In this document: positions 60,736-64,000 of the stretch, one piece after another
Layout of the letters: each line of letters opens with the position of its first letter
How positions within the stretch are numbered: the first letter of the stretch is position 1
Source: an uncultured Thermomicrobiales bacterium
GTDB lineage: Bacteria; Chloroflexota; Chloroflexia; Thermomicrobiales; UBA6265
Length of the DNA stretch: 64,000 nt
Assembly (NCBI GenBank): GCA_902806405.1
Contig: CADCWL010000001.1
Coordinates: 96,029-160,028 of the forward strand
Direction of reading: 5' to 3'
Program-made: the position numbers and the translations under genes
The notes under the pieces: model-generated
Seen by the model: only the letters and a program-made list of their open reading frames with translations
Database searches by the model: none
Told to the model about the DNA's origin: nothing

Positions 60736-61962
60736 CTACGAGCCGGCCGTGACCCGGTAGAGCCCGCCGTTGAGGTCGGTCGCGTAAAGTTCACCCGCAC
60801 CGTCCTCGCCGAACGAGCTGATGTTGAGGCCCGTCTCGACCGGCTCCGATGGCGTCCACTCGCCCGCGTCGTCCTGGCCGAGCCCCCAGAGTAGGCCGGT
60901 ACCGAAGTCAGCGTAGAGATAGGTGCCGCGCAGGTCGGGCACCGCCTCGCCCCGATAGACGTAGCCGCCGGTTACGGAGTTGCCGAGGTCGTGGCCGTAC
61001 TCCGCCACCGGGAGGACCAACTCCTGCTCCTCAACCGCGGTCTGACAGCCCTCGTCCTCGAAGCAGCGCGTCCCCTCCATCAGGTCCCAGCCGTAGTTCT
61101 CGCCGCCCCCGCTGGCGGCCGGCTGGCGGTTGACCTCCTCGACCGCGTTCTGGCCGACGTCGGCGATCCAGAGATCACCGCTCTCGCGATCGAACGAGAA
61201 GCGCCACGGGTTGCGCAGCCCATAAGCCCACACCTCCGGCGCGCCGCCGTCGCCGGAGGCGAATGGGTTGTCGACGGGGATCCCGTACGGCTTGTCCGCC
61301 GCCGGGCGGTCGACGTCGAGCCGGAGGAGCTTGCCGAGCAGCGCGTGGGGGTTCTCGGCGTTCTCTTCGGGGTCGCCGGCGAGGCCGCCGTCGCCGAAGC
61401 CGGCGTAGAGGCGGCCGTCCGGGCCGAACATGACCAGACCGCCGTTGTGGTTGCCGTACGGGTCGGGCACGGAGACGAGGATTGCGCCGCTCTCCGGGTC
61501 CGCCCGGTCCGGGTCGTCGGCTGAGACGCGGAAGCGGGCGATGGTGTTGTTGCCGGCGCCTTCTCCGCCGCGCGCCGTGTAGCCGACGAAGAACGAGCCA
61601 TTCTCCTCGTAGTCGGGGTGGAAGGCGACGCTGAGCAGGCCCTGCTCGTTTCCGCTCGATTCGACCCGACCGGTGATGTCGAGGAACGGCTCGGATTCGA
61701 TCCTGCCGTCACGCACGATCCGGATGCGGCCCGGTTGCTCGACGACGAAGAGCCGCCCGCTCGCGTCACCCGCATCGGCGACGTGGACGGGCAGCTCGAA
61801 CCCGTCGACGACCGGCTCCAGAGCGACCGCAAACGCGGCCGGGTCGAACGCGGCGTCCTGGACGGTGGCCCCGGCGCCGCTCTCCGCGGAGCCGACCGCG
61901 ACCGCGCCGGCGAGCGAGAGGACAACGGGCCAGGCGACGAGACGTCCCGCGCGCTGAGGCAT
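60736..61962 (-). CDS. PQQ-dependent sugar (glucose/sorbosone) dehydrogenase, secreted
   Basis: Start ATG 61962, 6 nt after AGGAG. Signal peptide, then GLLSVAFHPDY, HNGGLVMFGPDGRLY, GLRNPWRFSFD beta-propeller motifs. Confidence 0.88.
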   Translation of the reverse strand: MPQRAGRLVAWPVVLSLAGAVAVGSAESGAGATVQDAAFDPAAFAVALEPVVDGFELPVHVADAGDASGRLFVVEQPGRIRIVRDGRIESEPFLDITGRVESSGNEQGLLSVAFHPDYEENGSFFVGYTARGGEGAGNNTIARFRVSADDPDRADPESGAILVSVPDPYGNHNGGLVMFGPDGRLYAGFGDGGLAGDPEENAENPHALLGKLLRLDVDRPAADKPYGIPVDNPFASGDGGAPEVWAYGLRNPWRFSFDRESGDLWIADVGQNAVEEVNRQPAASGGGENYGWDLMEGTRCFEDEGCQTAVEEQELVLPVAEYGHDLGNSVTGGYVYRGEAVPDLRGTYLYADFGTGLLWGLGQDDAGEWTPSEPVETGLNISSFGEDGAGELYATDLNGGLYRVTAGS

Positions 61963-62277
61963 CGACAACTCCTTCGAGAATCAGGAAGAGGGGTCGGCAG
62001 ATCGGAGACGGCCCGCAGATGAAGTAAACCGAGAGCGCCGAAACGGGGCTTGTTGCCATTGTCGGGCCGCCGTCGACGCCGGTTCAACGGCGGGCGGCGG
62101 TGAAGGCGACGCCGGGCGACCTCGAGATCGGGGCAGACCGTAGCGGGGGGCACCGCCATCGGTCGTTCGGGGCCCGCCGGTGGAGCGACGTCCGGACCTT
62201 CCCACCACGTCGTCGTACAATCCGCGCCTCGGTCCGGCGAGCGGCCGCCCGAAGTCATCGTCGACGGGGAGGCCGGG

Positions 62278-62910
62278 ATGGACCAGCCGCGACCGCGCCG
62301 ACCGCTGCGCCACACCCTCCGCCAAGCGGCCGAGACGCTGATGCTGGCGACCGCCATCTACCTGGGCGTCCAGGTCGTCGTCCCCCCGTACGCCGTCGAC
62401 GGGGCAAGCATGAACCCGAGTCTGCGGGACGGCGAGCGGCTGCTTGTCAACCGCTCGGTCTACGCCCACTTCGACGCCAACCGGCTCTGGAACCTCCTAC
62501 CCGGGATCGAACGGAGCGGGGAAGCGATTGTTTACCCATTCCATGCCCCGGAGCGTGGAGAGATCGTCGTTTTCGACCCACCCCAGCGCCGCGGCGGGCC
62601 GTACATCAAGCGGGTGATCGGTTTGCCCGGCGACCAAATCGCCTTCGCCGAGGGCGGGGTTTGGGTCAACGGCCGCCCGCTGGACGAGAGCTACATCGAG
62701 GCTGCGATCACCGAGTGCGGGAACGGCCCCTTTTGCGCCGTCACCGTCCCAACGGGCGAGGTCTACGTCCTCGGCGACAATCGCGGCAATAGCTCAGACT
62801 CCCGCGTCTTCGGCCCCGTCCCGATGGACGCCATCATCGGGAAAGCCTGGATCGCGAACTGGCCGCTCGAGAAAGTCGGCTTCATTACCGAACCGGAGTA
62901 CGGCGAGTAG
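62278..62910 (+). CDS. lepB: Signal peptidase I
   Basis: GASMNPSL (catalytic Ser), YIKRVIGLPGD (Lys), VLGDNRGNSSDSR motifs. Confidence 0.93.
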   Translation: MDQPRPRRPLRHTLRQAAETLMLATAIYLGVQVVVPPYAVDGASMNPSLRDGERLLVNRSVYAHFDANRLWNLLPGIERSGEAIVYPFHAPERGEIVVFDPPQRRGGPYIKRVIGLPGDQIAFAEGGVWVNGRPLDESYIEAAITECGNGPFCAVTVPTGEVYVLGDNRGNSSDSRVFGPVPMDAIIGKAWIANWPLEKVGFITEPEYGE

Positions 62911-62949
62911 CCGGGCTTCCGCCGAGGCCGGTAACGACCGCACCCAGCG

Positions 62950-64000
62950 CTAGGAGAGCAAGCCCGCGGGGGCGGTGACGACGGGCTCCTCCGACCGTCG
63001 TGCGGCCGCGTGGGCCACCTCCGCGGCGGCTTCGCCGGAGGCGATGCAGTCGGGGATGCCGACGCCGCGGTAGGCGTTCCCGGCCAGGGCGAGACCCGGC
63101 AGAGCCTTCAGGCGGCGCTCGATCGCTGCCAGACGGGCCGGGTGTCCGAGGACATACTGCGGCATCCCGTAGCGCCAGCGGTGGACGCGGCAAAGCAGCG
63201 GCGCCGCTTCGATCCCGAGCACGTTCCGCAGCTCGTCCCGGGCAAGGGTGACGAGATCGTCGTCGGTCCCGCCCAGCGCCTCCTCCCGCCCAAAGCGACC
63301 AAGGAAGACCCGCATCAGGACCTGGCCTTCCGGCGCACGATGCCCCCATTTGGACGACGTCCAGGTGCAGGCCAGCGCGGGGCGCCCTTCCACGCGGGGG
63401 ATCACGTACCCATAGCCGTCGAGCGGGTGGGGGATGTCCTCCCGCGGAAAGGCGAGGCTGACGATCGCGCTCGAGGCGTGCGGGATCGCGGCCAACTCCG
63501 CGGCGAGCGGCGCGTCGAGCGCCGCCAGCATCCCTGCGGCGGCGAAGGCGGGCGCCGCCACGACCACCGCATCCGCCGCGAGGGCCCGTCCGTCCGCCAG
63601 CTCCACCGTGAAGCGGTCGTTCCCCCCGGGCCGGGTGAGGCCGACGCTGGCGACGGGCGCCCCGAGCAGAATACGGACCCCACCGGTCCTCAGGCGCGCG
63701 ACCAACCCGTCGACCAGTTCGCCGAGACCGCCCCGCGGGGTGAGGAAACCGGGACGGCCCGGCGGCGCACTCCCCGCGGTCGTGGCCGCGCGTTTCGCGG
63801 CCAGGACGCCCCGGATCAGTCCGCCGTGCTCCCGCTCGCCGCGGCGAAGCTGCGGGAAGGTGGCGGCCAGGCTGAGCCGTTCGCCATCCCCGGCATAGAT
63901 GCCCGCCATCAGCGGCTCGACGAGACGGTCGTAGACCTCCCGCCCGAGCCGCCGACGGACGAAGGCACCGAGCGCCTCGTCGTCGTCGCCGCGGCGCGGC
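62950..64000 (-). CDS. hemY: Protoporphyrinogen/coproporphyrinogen III oxidase (HemY/CgoX family); 5' end outside window
   Basis: In-frame translation continues to the window edge (FVRRRLGREVYDRLVEPLMAGIYAGDGERLS). C-terminal LALAGNAYRGVGIPDCIASGEAAA. Confidence 0.88.
   Translation of the reverse strand, partial: PRRGDDDEALGAFVRRRLGREVYDRLVEPLMAGIYAGDGERLSLAATFPQLRRGEREHGGLIRGVLAAKRAATTAGSAPPGRPGFLTPRGGLGELVDGLVARLRTGGVRILLGAPVASVGLTRPGGNDRFTVELADGRALAADAVVVAAPAFAAAGMLAALDAPLAAELAAIPHASSAIVSLAFPREDIPHPLDGYGYVIPRVEGRPALACTWTSSKWGHRAPEGQVLMRVFLGRFGREEALGGTDDDLVTLARDELRNVLGIEAAPLLCRVHRWRYGMPQYVLGHPARLAAIERRLKALPGLALAGNAYRGVGIPDCIASGEAAAEVAHAAARRSEEPVVTAPAGLLS

Overview
High-GC bacterial chromosomal segment, read by eye with no searches run. 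It carries about 58 protein-coding genes, densely packed on both strands and almost all core housekeeping.

Main gene content:
- DNA metabolism: comEA (partial), mfd, lexA, mutS2, gyrA.
- Metabolism: gpsA, purA, sat-cysC, fabZ, nadD, panBC, menA-menG, crtI, cysK, hemY (partial).
- Envelope and transport: secDF, an H+-pyrophosphatase, an MscS channel, lepB, a PgsA-like/PimA-like lipid pair, and two incomplete ABC systems.
- Stress: a dnaJ-hspR operon and a PspA module.

Lineage signals are a CGAAC-N4-GTTCG LexA box, an HspR/HAIR operator, menaquinone genes, frequent GTGA/ATGA start-stop overlaps and TGn extended -10 promoters. These fit a high-GC Terrabacteria lineage (Thermomicrobia/Chloroflexota-like or Actinomycetota-like). 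I cannot resolve which without a database search.

I found no rRNA, tRNA, CRISPR array, transposase, integrase or recognisable defence island. Many long ORFs in the supplied track are antisense or out-of-frame artefacts of the high GC content.

I did not find a convincing novel multigene system. The best leads are:
1. A perfect 27-bp inverted repeat on the ATPase/permease junction of an ABC operon (38565-38632).
2. A self-contained promoter / 12-nt Shine-Dalgarno (SD) / 16-codon ORF / UUCG-hairpin unit (51129-51350).
3. A 957-bp gene-free stretch upstream of gyrA that looks lower in GC (20769-21725).
4. A four-gene PspA module: TM-zinc-ribbon, DUF4178-like, PspA and SPFH with a double zinc ribbon (17262-20768).
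5. A low-complexity Tat-lipoprotein sitting where a solute-binding protein is expected, upstream of peptide permeases that have no ATPase genes (46916-49738).
6. Small ORFs start/stop-coupled to both ends of the pgsA-like gene (52773-53757).

Several start codons were re-assigned from the ORF track using SD spacing and homolog N-termini. Those starts are inferences.
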